NCBI GenBank assembly: GCA_047495785.1
Contig: JBLDXI010000032.1
Span: 2,728,001 to 2,792,000, forward strand
DNA: 64,000 bases
Direction of reading: 5' to 3'
Source: Lepidodermella squamata
Taxonomy: Eukaryota > Animalia > Gastrotricha
Below are positions 35,333 to 46,769 of the stretch, in pieces. Both the position numbers and the translations under genes were made by a program. Within the stretch, counting starts at the first letter, position 1, and each line of letters begins with the position of its first letter. A model generated the notes under the pieces. The model was not told the origin of the DNA and searched no databases. It worked only from the letters and a program-made list of their open reading frames with translations.

Positions 35333-36070
35333 TCAAAACTGCTCGATTGAATCTTGGAGCGACTTGTTGAGCTCAAAGCCGAGAACAACTGGCTTTTCTT
35401 GTCCGAAAACTTTAAGGTGGACACAATTTGCTTTTCCGCCGTCGTTCGAAATTTGAACCTTGACGAATACGATGGGGAATTCAGTATCAAGTTCGTGACG
35501 CTCGCTGATTGCCTTGAAAATGTCGACTTGCTTCAAGCTGGCCAGGTACAGAAAGTGCGATTTTACAGCGTCGACCTGGGCCTGAGTTTTCGTAGATGCC
35601 AGAGTCGTGACCGAGAGGGTAGGCCTAGGCGAGTCGAGGCTGCTGCTGACCAAGCCCGTTTCAATGTGAGCCGGGCGACCAGCTGCCGAGGCGCGAATTA
35701 CCATACGAATCGGGTCGCTGAGCTGTTTCGCCCTTTGAACATCGACCAGATTCAGGGTGGCATTTTCGTCATCAGCCTTGAACAGGCGAAGATGGCCGTA
35801 TTCGGTTGAGCTGAGCTGAACCTTGACCGGGTAGTTTGTTCCGCCGGGTACTGACAACTTGCCGGCGTAGGAGATAAAGTTGAAGCTGGATGGCTGAAAC
35901 TTGGCTTTACGCACGAATTCAGCTTTGAGAGACGCAGCTAGAGCTGTTTGAATTTCGGCAATCTCTTCTGCTGTCCATTGTTCATCACCCTCGGCATAAG
36001 CGGCAGTTGGCTCGGCGCCGTAAACTGGCGAAATAAGGAAGGCCAAAAATGCAATATGAACTAGCAGCAT
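35333..36070 (-). CDS. Secreted two-domain degenerate stefin-like protein
   Basis: GGTNYPVKVQL...HLRLF...KQLSDPI and VFVKVQ...HLKVF...NKSLQDSIEQF; QxVxG absent. Confidence 0.8.
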   Translation of the reverse strand: MLLVHIAFLAFLISPVYGAEPTAAYAEGDEQWTAEEIAEIQTALAASLKAEFVRKAKFQPSSFNFISYAGKLSVPGGTNYPVKVQLSSTEYGHLRLFKADDENATLNLVDVQRAKQLSDPIRMVIRASAAGRPAHIETGLVSSSLDSPRPTLSVTTLASTKTQAQVDAVKSHFLYLASLKQVDIFKAISERHELDTEFPIVFVKVQISNDGGKANCVHLKVFGQEKPVVLGFELNKSLQDSIEQF

Positions 36071-36974
36071 TTCACAGCGGAAATTTGATTAAAATGTTTA
36101 GAAAAATGTTCGTTGGAATGGCAACCAACAGGCCTATTTTAAAGTAAAACCAATCTGTGTGGGAAGACCACAGGATTATTCTTTCAAACACAAACAAGCG
36201 CCTTTTCAAGCACCCTCTATCACGTCCGATATCAGAACTGCTCTTCTTGCGCGCTTCAGGGATTATCCTTTCTAGCCAACAATAATTCAGGTTTTTAGGT
36301 CCATTTTCTGCTGACAAACAAAATTCAGCGATTTCCTCAACTAAAGGAGCAGTTGGCAGATTCTCAGTGCGAACAACAGCTAATAATTATGAATCATCGC
36401 TGCATTTTTTGCATGGTGATGGTGGTGCAAAAAGATCACGCCAAGTTTAAACTTTCACGCGATTACCATGTTTTTTGAAAATTAAAAATCAGTCCGAATT
36501 AAGACTTCGATGATTTTCGATAAAAACGTGTGTTTTTTCGAGTTTTCGATTTTTTCCTGATTTTTGGCGATCAAAAACATGTATAGTTGAAGTTGGACAA
36601 TTATTAGGGCTATTCTGGACACACTCATTTGCATAATGTTCAGTTATTTGGGTCACATTTCGAAAAAAATTAGGAACATCAAATTTCATCGAAAATAAAA
36701 AAATGGCCATAATGAGGTCGATTGACGAATGCAAGGTACGTATTGATTAATCACTATTAGTAGCGCACACAGCTTTCGATTTAAAAAATATGAAAATACC
36801 GGATATATCAGTTATAAACTCCATAAGCGCGTTCCACTTATAATTTTAATATAGGTTCCAATTTAAAATGATAACAGGATTTGCGAACAATTTTCCGCTG
36901 ATAACAAACAAGCCGTACAAACAAGATCAGATTGAGTGATTGATTGGTCTGCTTTATTTAGTTCGGTATAAAAA

Positions 36975-38228
36975 ATGATAAAAACTCTTGTATTTACTAC
37001 TGCCTGCTGCTTCTTGCTAGAAGTCAGCCTGGCTCTCGCTAGATCTTCAACCGTTAGAGACGCCATCAAATTTTTCAACCTCCTACCAAGAGGCAACGTG
37101 ACTTCTTCCCGGAAACTTCTGAAAAGGTGCCCCAACTTCGCACCAGAGGTCGTCTCACCTATATCTGACGATATACTAAACCTGACCCTCAGTTTTAGAG
37201 GCTATCGATTCAATGGAATCGACGATGTAGGCGAGATGATATCTATTAATGGCGAGATCTTGATCTCGTGGGAAGCTGATTGCGTGAATCCTAACGCCTT
37301 TGCCGACCAAACTGACAAGAGCCAGTTCTACGCAGAGCCGAGCAGGCTGCTATGGCGACCTCGAATGCTGCTCGTTAACAGCATGAAAGGAATGCTGGAC
37401 GATGCCGAGTTATCTGAAGTTTTCCGAGTAACAATCTATCCGAGTTATGCGGCAACTCGAAAGGCCCGAATAACTTTCGAGTGGTTTCTGATCGGGAAGT
37501 TCGACTTCACATGCCGGCTGAAACTTCAAAAATTCCCGTCTGACATCCAAAAATGCGGCGGGATAGTCAAGTCTCTCGAACTAGTCGTGCGAGTCCAGAA
37601 GCTTCTGATATCAACTGAAGAAGGGTTCATGGACGACAGTCCTGGGTACACATTTCTCGCAAAATATAAGAAAAATGATGTCAATTTAACGACATCTATC
37701 GTCGAGTTTGGAATAGCTGTTCAGCGGAAATCTGAATTCATCCTACTCCACCTTGTCGCCCCGTGTTTGATTCTAGCTCTGCTGGAAATGGCTAGCTTCT
37801 TCCTACCGCCACAGGAAGTTGACAGAACCTCTTACACGATGGCGATTTATTTGGCATTCAGCGTCCTGGAAACGGAGTTGATTTCAATGATTCCTAGATC
37901 GCCGAAGCGAATCTATCTAGCTGAATATATTGTATTCCAATCAGTATTCAGCATGTTGGTCACATTTTTCTCAGCGGCAATGTGTTATTACACGAGGAAT
38001 TATCCGAAATCGGCCGAAGCTACTGGTGCTGGTAAATTTCCTAGGTTTTTTCGCTTATTTGAACATTGGACACGGCATCAAATTGCTGATTTTATCGGAT
38101 TCTTTATTTTTCTGTTGGCCCTAATAGGAGCATCTGCTTTCTATCTTTTAAACGTGCTAGCCGAGGAGCAGTTGTCGGACATTGAAGGCGATATGATAAC
38201 AAAGAATCTAATGCTATCCCACGTTTGA
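36975..38228 (+). CDS. Divergent Cys-loop ligand-gated ion channel subunit (intronless)
   Basis: Signal peptide, WRP, Cys-loop CRLKLQKFPSDIQKC (C-x13-C), four TM helices, FFLPP..DR. Confidence 0.9.
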   Translation: MIKTLVFTTACCFLLEVSLALARSSTVRDAIKFFNLLPRGNVTSSRKLLKRCPNFAPEVVSPISDDILNLTLSFRGYRFNGIDDVGEMISINGEILISWEADCVNPNAFADQTDKSQFYAEPSRLLWRPRMLLVNSMKGMLDDAELSEVFRVTIYPSYAATRKARITFEWFLIGKFDFTCRLKLQKFPSDIQKCGGIVKSLELVVRVQKLLISTEEGFMDDSPGYTFLAKYKKNDVNLTTSIVEFGIAVQRKSEFILLHLVAPCLILALLEMASFFLPPQEVDRTSYTMAIYLAFSVLETELISMIPRSPKRIYLAEYIVFQSVFSMLVTFFSAAMCYYTRNYPKSAEATGAGKFPRFFRLFEHWTRHQIADFIGFFIFLLALIGASAFYLLNVLAEEQLSDIEGDMITKNLMLSHV

Positions 38229-38620
38229 TTTTTCCAACAGCGGGAACTACAACATCACATTCCCAGCTTTTGTTGGAGACGCTTTGGCTTTTGACGGGTT
38301 AGCGAAATATCCGCTAATTAAAATGTACTTGATTAATTTAAAACAATAAACAATGAAAGGAATTGTTTAAATAAAGTGAATGAAAACAAACGATTTCTCA
38401 AATATTTTTAATTGAAAACTTTAGGGATTTATTTCGGCCGGTATTTTTTGAAATCGAGAACCAGATAGCGGGATTTTCGAGTTCGATTTTTTTTTTAAAT
38501 CGCTCGATTTCGAATGAAAAGTTCTATTAAAATTGTTGTTTGTGATTTTGTGATATTCACCTTCTTCAGGAGTATAGTGATTTTATAAAAATTTGATTGA
38601 CAACAATTAATATTCCCAAC

Positions 38621-39850
38621 CTACTCCATAATTGACGAAATGAAGTAAATCGTAGCAGCAATCAAAGCGGATGCGAATATTATGAAAAAGCAGAAATCCA
38701 ACAGTGACTGGAAACAAAACTTCACCTTACCGAACAATGAGATTTTTCTCCGAGCCAAATTTGGCTTCGAGTTGACGAAAAGGCACAGCAAAGCCGAGTA
38801 AATTGTGCACATCATTGAAAAAACGGCTTGGAAAAGAATCAAGTCAGCTATCAGCATTTTCTGTGGCGTTTTAGGGATCATCGTGATCAGCTGTGATTCA
38901 AGTACAGCAAATGCTAGGTAGATAGTCAAGGTGTATGTAGCCCGTTCTGACGTTTCAGATGGCAGGAAAAAGCTGCACATTTCCAGGATAGCAAGAACAA
39001 AACACGGCGCAACGAGATGGTAGAGATAGAATTCCGGTCTCCTAACTGCCGTTACCGTTATAACTGCAGCCGGAACACCAGGAATGTAATAGTTTTTCAC
39101 AATACTTGCATTATAAGAGATAACATCCCATTCAGCGTTCCACGATTCTGGTGATGAAGAAAAAAATAGAATAAAGTCTGTAAGCTTGAAGTCGAAACCA
39201 ATTTCCCCCAGCTGAAAACTGAAAGAACACCGCTGTGTATCGGCTGGGAATTTGCGCAAATTCAATTTGCAATACGACACGAATTCGCCCGTCAAAGACC
39301 ATCGAAACCCGAACATTTCGTCTCCTGGACTTTTTGGCGTAAAATTAATTGAAAGCCTTTCATCACGGTCGTCCGATTTGACGGAAGCCTTGTTATTTCC
39401 CCGGAAAATGATTTTCGGCCGCCACATTATGCCCGGCGGATCGCATTCGATTTTTGTCGAACGAGACCGATTACGAAAATACTGCCAATTGCTGCATAAC
39501 GGCATCCACTGGAATTCGAGTAAGCCAGTTATTGACGCAACCTCTGCAGTACTATCAATTCCATTGAAGCTATAAGACTCGTAACGGACGACTATCTCCA
39601 GTGGAGAAGCACTCTTTGTGAGGGGACTGAATCGCCATGGCGAGAAGTTGGGACAATTAGCCAAGATTTCGTAAGGGTCATAGACGGCAAGTGGGTCAAT
39701 TGTCATTGACCGCGGGAATCTATCCTCCTCGGAAGGAGCGTTATCCTCCGCCAAAGCTTCATCCTCATCGAACTGCGCACCTGCCAGCCTAACGATAACA
39801 AGTATGAGTAAACCTTGGATGCAATAACAAATTTTATCCAGCAACATCAT
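38621..39850 (-). CDS. Divergent Cys-loop ligand-gated ion channel subunit (intronless)
   Basis: Likely ATG 39850; CKLNLRKFPADTQRC; 4 TM; SERATYTLTIYLAF in M2. Confidence 0.9.
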   Translation of the reverse strand: MMLLDKICYCIQGLLILVIVRLAGAQFDEDEALAEDNAPSEEDRFPRSMTIDPLAVYDPYEILANCPNFSPWRFSPLTKSASPLEIVVRYESYSFNGIDSTAEVASITGLLEFQWMPLCSNWQYFRNRSRSTKIECDPPGIMWRPKIIFRGNNKASVKSDDRDERLSINFTPKSPGDEMFGFRWSLTGEFVSYCKLNLRKFPADTQRCSFSFQLGEIGFDFKLTDFILFFSSSPESWNAEWDVISYNASIVKNYYIPGVPAAVITVTAVRRPEFYLYHLVAPCFVLAILEMCSFFLPSETSERATYTLTIYLAFAVLESQLITMIPKTPQKMLIADLILFQAVFSMMCTIYSALLCLFVNSKPNLARRKISLFGKVKFCFQSLLDFCFFIIFASALIAATIYFISSIME

Positions 39851-40118
39851 TGTCAAAATGATTTGAAAAAAAAACAATTTTCTCCTCTCGCAGCATCTGG
39901 AAACATTTTAATCAGCGCGAATCATTCCCAATATTTATTCTTGCTGTTTATTCCGATGGAATGGTGAGCCACGTGCGAAAGCGTTGCCTTATTCAATCAG
40001 TCAGCGATATTGAAAGTATTAAAAGCTTCGGAATATACCGCTGATACCGAGTGAGAACCAATAACCGAAATGCGTGAGAGGCGCCATGAGATGACAAATA
40101 TTTGGTTTAACTACCCGT

Positions 40119-41321
40119 CTAATATAAAATAGCAAATATAAAGTAAGCAGTAGCAACGATTAAAGCCAATACGAAAATGATAAAGAAAGAAATGTCAAGA
40201 AAAGCGTAAAAACTTAGTCGGATGTTCCGTGCTATGTTTTTCGCTGCCTGTTCAGGTCTGATATTGACGAATAAACACAATAGCGCGGAATAAAATGTGA
40301 TCATCATCGAAAAAGCAGCTTGGAAAAGAATCAAGTCAGCTATAAGCATTTTTTGTGGCGTTTTAGGGATCATCGTGATTAGTTGTGATTCAAGCACAGC
40401 GAAAGCTAAGTAGATTGTTAGGGTATAAGATGCCCGTTCTGATGTTTCAGGAGGTAACGCAAAACTGCACATTTCCATGATTGCCAGAACGAAACAAGGG
40501 GCGACAAGATGGTACAGGTAAAAGTCGGGAACCCTTTTGATAACCACTGTAATGGAAGCAGCTGGGTAACCGGCGTAGTAGCTCTTGACAATGCTTGCGT
40601 TGTAGTAAAGGACCTTCCATTCAGCATTCCACGAGTCTTTCACTGGAGCTCCCAAACCGATAGAAGCAAATTTGAAATCCAAAGGCAACGCGTACAACTG
40701 GAAATTGAAAGAGCATTGCTGCGTATCGGCAGGAAATTTCCGTAAATCTAGAGCACAGTAAGAAACGAATTCGCCTGTAACAGACCATTGAAAAGAAAAA
40801 CTATCCTCCGGTGCTCGATGGGGATAAAAGTGCAGCAATAGCTCCTGATTTTTACCACTGGATTGAAGGGACAATTCTGAGTTTCCGCGGAAAATGATTT
40901 TCGGCATCCACATGATGTCAGTCGGGTTTACACGAATAGTTGAGAATGTTCTGTTATGCAAACTTCGCCATCCCAAACAGACCGGGGACCATTGAAATTG
41001 GAGGAGGCCCGTGATTGATGCCGCCTCAGCAGCACTGTCGATTCCGTTAAAACTGTACGCTTCATATCGAACAGCTATAAGTAGAGGCGGGCCCTGTTTT
41101 GTGTGTGGGCTGTAACGATAAGGCGAAAAGTTCGGACAAATCTTGAGAACTTCGTTAGGATCATATAAAGCTTGTGAATCGAACATCATTTCATCAGGAA
41201 ATCTTTCCTCAATAGGCGACGTCGTACTGCTTGAAGACTCGTCCAGGTTGATCCCATTCTCCGCAAGAGTAAGAAAGCAGCATGCTAAGGAAACGAAAGC
41301 GTTGAAAATTGATTTAAGCAT
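40119..41321 (-). CDS. Divergent Cys-loop ligand-gated ion channel subunit (intronless), close paralogue of 38621-39850
   Basis: CALDLRKFPADTQQC; near-identical TM region (LESQLITMIPKTPQKMLIADLILFQ). Confidence 0.9.
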   Translation of the reverse strand: MLKSIFNAFVSLACCFLTLAENGINLDESSSSTTSPIEERFPDEMMFDSQALYDPNEVLKICPNFSPYRYSPHTKQGPPLLIAVRYEAYSFNGIDSAAEAASITGLLQFQWSPVCLGWRSLHNRTFSTIRVNPTDIMWMPKIIFRGNSELSLQSSGKNQELLLHFYPHRAPEDSFSFQWSVTGEFVSYCALDLRKFPADTQQCSFNFQLYALPLDFKFASIGLGAPVKDSWNAEWKVLYYNASIVKSYYAGYPAASITVVIKRVPDFYLYHLVAPCFVLAIMEMCSFALPPETSERASYTLTIYLAFAVLESQLITMIPKTPQKMLIADLILFQAAFSMMITFYSALLCLFVNIRPEQAAKNIARNIRLSFYAFLDISFFIIFVLALIVATAYFIFAILY

Positions 41322-41517
41322 GACAAGGATATCAACATTTCCGAAGATGTTATTCCCAGCAAATGTGAGGATTGTTCAAAATTTCGTTGTATAAGTATAA
41401 ACATTGCCAATTAATTTCCTATTCTCTGTTTACTTGGAGTATAAGGAGGAACACTGCGTACTTCAATACCACAAAAGAATCGAAGATGCAAAAGACCGAA
41501 AAAATATCGAGATTTAT

Positions 41518-42273
41518 TCAAATGATTTCAAGAGGTTCCTGCCAAGTTCTTCTGTCTTTGAAAGCCACCAAACGTGGCGTGTTAGAATTAAGCGAGATCT
41601 GAAGATGCGCGTAACTTCGCCGGTCAGTCTGCACTTTGATCAACAGCAGCATCGGCTCTTCATCCTGACTCGTCACAAATCGCTGCCTGATCGCTATGAA
41701 CCGCGGCGCAGACCGTCTACCCGACATGTACAGGTAATCGTTTTTCATCGCGTCTGCCATAGCTTGAGCACCAGGCGTTGCCGGCTGTTCGTCGTCTAGG
41801 ACCAGTTTACGACCCAAATTAACCTCGTCCTCATCAGGGCTAGCAACTATTTGCCCCTCAAAGTTATCGACCAGTAAAATCGGCTCACTCAACGAGCGAT
41901 TTCGTTCGTATGTCACTAGTTTCATGGTCCTCCGCGGCTGCTGAAGAATCCGTAAATGAGCAAATTCGTGGTCGCTTAATTGCACCTTGACCAAGTAGAA
42001 AATGGATAGGGGGTAATTTGCCAGGCGTTGAGTGGCCGATATTATGAGTTCGAATTTTTCAGGTTCATAGCCGGAATTTCGAATAAATTGCTGCTGAATT
42101 TCAGAGGTCAAGATCGACTTCAACGCGTCTTCTGTCAACGCATCGCCAGTTTCGGGCCTGTTATTATTAGGGTGGATTTCAACGATACTCTCCTCAGATA
42201 GAACGATCTGGCCAGCGGAGGATGGCCCAAAATTAAAGGCAGCGGCGATAATAACCAGGAAGAGCTGTATCAT
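41518..42273 (-). CDS. Secreted two-domain degenerate stefin-like protein
   Basis: Signal peptide; FELI...TQRLA...YLVKVQL....AHLRI...RSLSEPI, repeated; QxVxG altered. Confidence 0.75.
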   Translation of the reverse strand: MIQLFLVIIAAAFNFGPSSAGQIVLSEESIVEIHPNNNRPETGDALTEDALKSILTSEIQQQFIRNSGYEPEKFELIISATQRLANYPLSIFYLVKVQLSDHEFAHLRILQQPRRTMKLVTYERNRSLSEPILLVDNFEGQIVASPDEDEVNLGRKLVLDDEQPATPGAQAMADAMKNDYLYMSGRRSAPRFIAIRQRFVTSQDEEPMLLLIKVQTDRRSYAHLQISLNSNTPRLVAFKDRRTWQEPLEII

Positions 42274-43883
42274 AATTTCGATGAAGCTATACTATTGTTA
42301 TTAGGTGCATGTAATAGCTACCTTAGCTCTTTAGGAGCCTGATGATCCAGCTATGATAGAGATACTCTTTTCAACATGTACTGACCGGCCTCCCGGCTCG
42401 TGTTTACACTTTAGGTATAATAATATATGGCTATGCACACACCAACAAGAATAATTATAGATGACCTGTGGCTTTTTCTCGATGAAGATGCGTGCGTGTG
42501 ATATATCAGGTTTAGGAACACACCAGTGAAATTTGCTTGTCATTTTTGGAAACGTAATTAGATTCCGAGCAACCTTACATCCAAGAGATACATAAAAAAT
42601 TGTATTAATAAAAAATAGAAAAATAGACAACCAAGTCGTGAATGGACTAATGAAAAGTGCCATCCAAAGCTAATTAATAAATATTTCGCATAAAATTGAA
42701 TTTTGCGAGTTTTGGCTGTAATCAGATATCCAACGATTACTCTCAAAGAGGGTAATTCAGTGTACTAAACTTCAATTATATAAGACTAGCAACCTAGAGC
42801 GATAACTCACTTTTACTTGACCAGAAATACAATTCCTTGAATGTTTTCGCCAAAATCTGGAACATCTGCGTGCAATGTACCGATGGATCGATGGAGTGAT
42901 AACAAATTTGAGCCAAAATTCGCATGTAAATGGCAGTAAATAGCTGGAATAATGAAAGAATTGTTCACCATCGACTATACAGAACGTTGATGTAAACCGT
43001 AACTATCCAATTGTCCAATTATCACTCGTTATTTGGGACTTACTCCACTCATAAGGTGAATTCGGAAGTAATAGCCGAGGTAGAAAGACGTCTGAATCAC
43101 GCAATATCAATCATGGATAGCGTCATTGGAAAAATCAATGTTACATCGTTTTGTGATTTGAGGAGCGTAATTTTTTATCTTGCTCTGTCAATATAAGGAG
43201 CCAGTTGCAGGAAGATTCTTGAAAAAATCTATAGAAGCAAATTTACATGGTAAACATTGTTGGGCGAGTAAAAGTATATGTTATTGTCGCTAGACTTCCC
43301 ATGCAGCTGCAGTTACGTATACGAAGTCGCGAAGCTCGTAATGAACAAGCGATTTTATTATTTGCTCAATTGCCACATTGAAAACCTATAGTAGACATAT
43401 TATAGTTGACCATCTTATCAGCAACTCTTTAGCAGAAACTATTTCCGAATATGCATGTCCCGATTCCCTACTACCTTTTCTCAAATTCTCAAATTTTGCA
43501 ACTTTCCTCTGATAACAGGTAAATAATTCGAACCCGATCTTCAATTAATGGATTGTTCACAATCGCCTAGTTACGTTAATTTAAACCGTAGGCGGTATTT
43601 GTCATTTTTCAATTTTCCCGAGTAAATTGTACCTTTGTCATTAATAGGATATGTCCATTTCAAAAGTATATCCCTGGGAGGTTTCAATCACTCTGCAAGC
43701 TAAACGCGGCTACACATAATTTTCCAATTTAATATTTATGGCCTCAGAGTAAAGCTCGAAGTTTCAATCCCTTAACAACCGGAATGTGTCTGTGCATAAT
43801 TTTCAATTTTAATACTAGGGTAGTCCAAAAAATTAACAATAATTCACGCACCAGTTTCTGTTGGCATTACAACAAATGAGCTA

Positions 43884-45112
43884 ATGCCCAGTTCAATCCT
43901 CTTAATAATATGCTGCATTCTACCTGGCGTCATTTCAGCTAATGACGAAGAAAAACACGAAGAGTCAATAATTCAAAATCCGTTGCTCTGCGACCCATTC
44001 GCTCGCTCGAATAAAACAGTCGAAATCAAGGCAAAGTTCCGGTTTTACAATTTCGACGAAATCGAAGATATCAGCCAGACGGTGGCTGTGAAGGCGAATC
44101 TTGTCATGAGCTGGCTTGACGGTTGCTACTACAGAATTGCTAGGCAATTATGGCCTTATTTCAACGAGAGCTCATCAGGATCGCCGATTTACCTAACAAT
44201 CGACGGCGCTTACGCTATTCAAATGTGGAAACCTAAGTTGGTATTCATGAACAGCGCGACCGAGTCGATACTTGTCGTAGATGAAAACATGGCCGGGTAT
44301 CCTATCGGCGTTTATTCAGACGGAACTGTGATCACGAATGCAGGCGGGCTTTGGCGAGCAAAATGTTCCATGAACCACGAATTGTTCCCCTTCGACACTC
44401 AACGATGCGATTTCGTCTTCGAAATGTGGCTACACGATCGGCTAACCAACCTGAGCAGCGTTAAAGTCGAGTATCTCAGCGCGAATAAGGTGATAACGCA
44501 AAAAACAGACCATTGGGCCTTTGTCAGTGCCAATGCTGAAGTTCACGCCGATGAGTGTTTTACCCTATCAGATGGAAATGAAGTTCAGTGTTGGTCTAAA
44601 ATGACTGTAACGCTTGATATGAAGCGTATCTGGGTGCCTTACGTCTTCACAATAATAGTGCCAACCATTTCGCTAACTGTCCTTCAATTATCCATCCTAG
44701 CAATGCCAGCTAGAATGCCAGATAGACCGGTAAAATGTTCGGGTTTTTTTGGAAATTGTTCAATATAATTTTTCAGGTGTTTTCAACGACATTACTATTG
44801 GCTTTCGTTATTTTACAAACTGATACTCGCCGAAGCATTCCCGATTCAGCAGTTGTAGTCGCCTTATTGGTCTACTTCAATGTGAATATAGCCTCGAGCA
44901 CGCTCATGTGCATCTACGTCACGTTTATGGTCGGCGTTTATGACCATCTGAAGGAGACTGGCCAAAACAAGAGCTCTCACCTGCTAAGCAAAGGCTTTTT
45001 CAAGGGTCTGACCATGTCGCGGCAATGTGATTTTTTTGCTTTCTTGTTATTCTTCGTTATCTTTGTGGGCGAACATTTGTACCTGGTCGCACGTGTGAAC
45101 CTCGTGGCGTAA
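43884..45112 (+). CDS. Divergent Cys-loop ligand-gated ion channel subunit, 2 exons
   Basis: CSMNHELFPFDTQRC; WKP; intron ~44730-44776 at DRP|VFSTT; 4 TM. Confidence 0.88.
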
Positions 45113-45590
45113 TAGATAAACTTTGTTGTTGATATACTTTTTAGACTTATAGGAGCCACATGGCGAAGCTACACCAGTTTTGAATAAATAAACGTTTGAG
45201 AATAAATCTTTTTCTTTCGCTGGCTCGAACGGTTGATCCGCTTTTCTACGCTTCTTCCAAACAAATAAAAGTAGTGCTTCATCCTGAATATTTGCTCATC
45301 TTCTTTTTGCTTTCAAGTTTTAACGAACAATGTTCATATCAGGAATTGATCTACTTTTTCCAATTTGAGGTTGATGCTCGCAAAATTGGGTAAAATTGAA
45401 ATTTCTTATGCTCACGAAATAGGTAGAGGGCTCGAAATTAAGAGTGACAGTTGGAAGAAGTCCTACTGTTAATGGCATCTGATTAAGGCTGATTTTTCAT
45501 TATTTCTTCTTTCTCACTTCCTTGAATTTGTTAACTTTTCAGCTTCTTCAAATTATTTTTGTTTTTTTCCGAAATTTTTCATAGTAGCCA

Positions 45591-46769
45591 ATGACTGACG
45601 TCCCATCACAACTTCCGGTCACGTACTACCGGCGTCCTCTGCCTCCAAACTTGATATCTTTCTCCTCGGATCTTGGACGGCAATACTTTAAAGAATCCTT
45701 AGCTCAAGGTTACGCCGAGGGTTACTTCGACCTGGTCGAGAACTTTACAACCCAGTCTGAACCAGCCTTTTGCGGTCTTGGATCCCTTTCGATGGTGCTA
45801 AATGCCTTGGAGGTCGACCCAGGTCGAGTTTGGAAAGGAGTCTGGCGGTGGTATGCCGATGAAATGCTAGACTGCTGCGTGCCAATTGACGTTATCAAGC
45901 AGAAGGGCATCACCCTGGCTGAATTCATCTGCCTAGCAAAATGCAACGGCCTCCAGGTTGACGCTCATCGATTCGACGAAACAACAAAACAGCAGTTTGT
46001 TAACGATCTCAAGTCGGCAACTTCGAGTCGGAATAAACACGTTGTAGTGTCGTACTCGAGGAAGGGCTTGAAACAAACTGGCGATGGCCATTACTCCCCG
46101 ATAGGTTGCTTCAATGAAGAAAGAGCTTCCGCATTAGTTCTAGACGTTGCACGATTCAAATACCCTTCTTACTGGGCGACAGTTGATCAACTTTGGTATA
46201 TAACATTATCAAATCATTGAGTAAATTGTTAAAGAATTTTTTAAAGGGATGCAATGGCACCTCCTGATAGCGAAACCGGTCGGCCTCGAGGGTACTTTGT
46301 CCTCTCGAAAATCGAACATCCGAAAGGCTACTCGCGAGACCCGACCAAGGGCGGTTTGACATTTGAAGACGCCAAATGTTTCGCTAAGTGCAACGGATTA
46401 GATCTGATCGAACGCTTGACGAGTGAAATTTCAAAGGAGGAATTTCTGGCTGATCTCAAATCAGTGACATGCTCGTCGAAAAAACAGATAATGATCCGTT
46501 CCGGCGAATTTTTCCTACCTGTTTGTTGCGTTAATGGCGATCGCGTGTTGCTGGCCAACATCGAAGAGACAAGCAGTGCCTGTGACACTTGGACTACTGC
46601 TGACCACCTATGGTAAAAGTTCTGATACTTTCGATTAAATAATTAAATAAAAATTTATTTCCTCACTAATTTCAGGTCAGAACTGCAATCAAACAAAAGC
46701 TTGCCTGTTGGCTATTTATTACTGCAAAAGCAGCTTTGCAATTGTAAATCTTGCTCAAAATCGCTTTGA
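45591..46769 (+). CDS. PCS: Phytochelatin synthase (glutathione gamma-glutamylcysteinyltransferase), 3 exons
   Basis: YYRRPLP, TQSEPAFCGL (catalytic Cys), WKGVWRWY, QTGDGHYSP (His), LDVARFKYP (Asp). Exons 45591-46195, 46247-46612, 46676-46769; ends CNCKSC. Confidence 0.95.

Noticed and set aside
43011-43196. Possible LINE reverse-transcriptase remnant (EVERRLNHA resembles EIxxRIxxA)
   Set aside because: Single weak motif with no YADD or other RT motifs.
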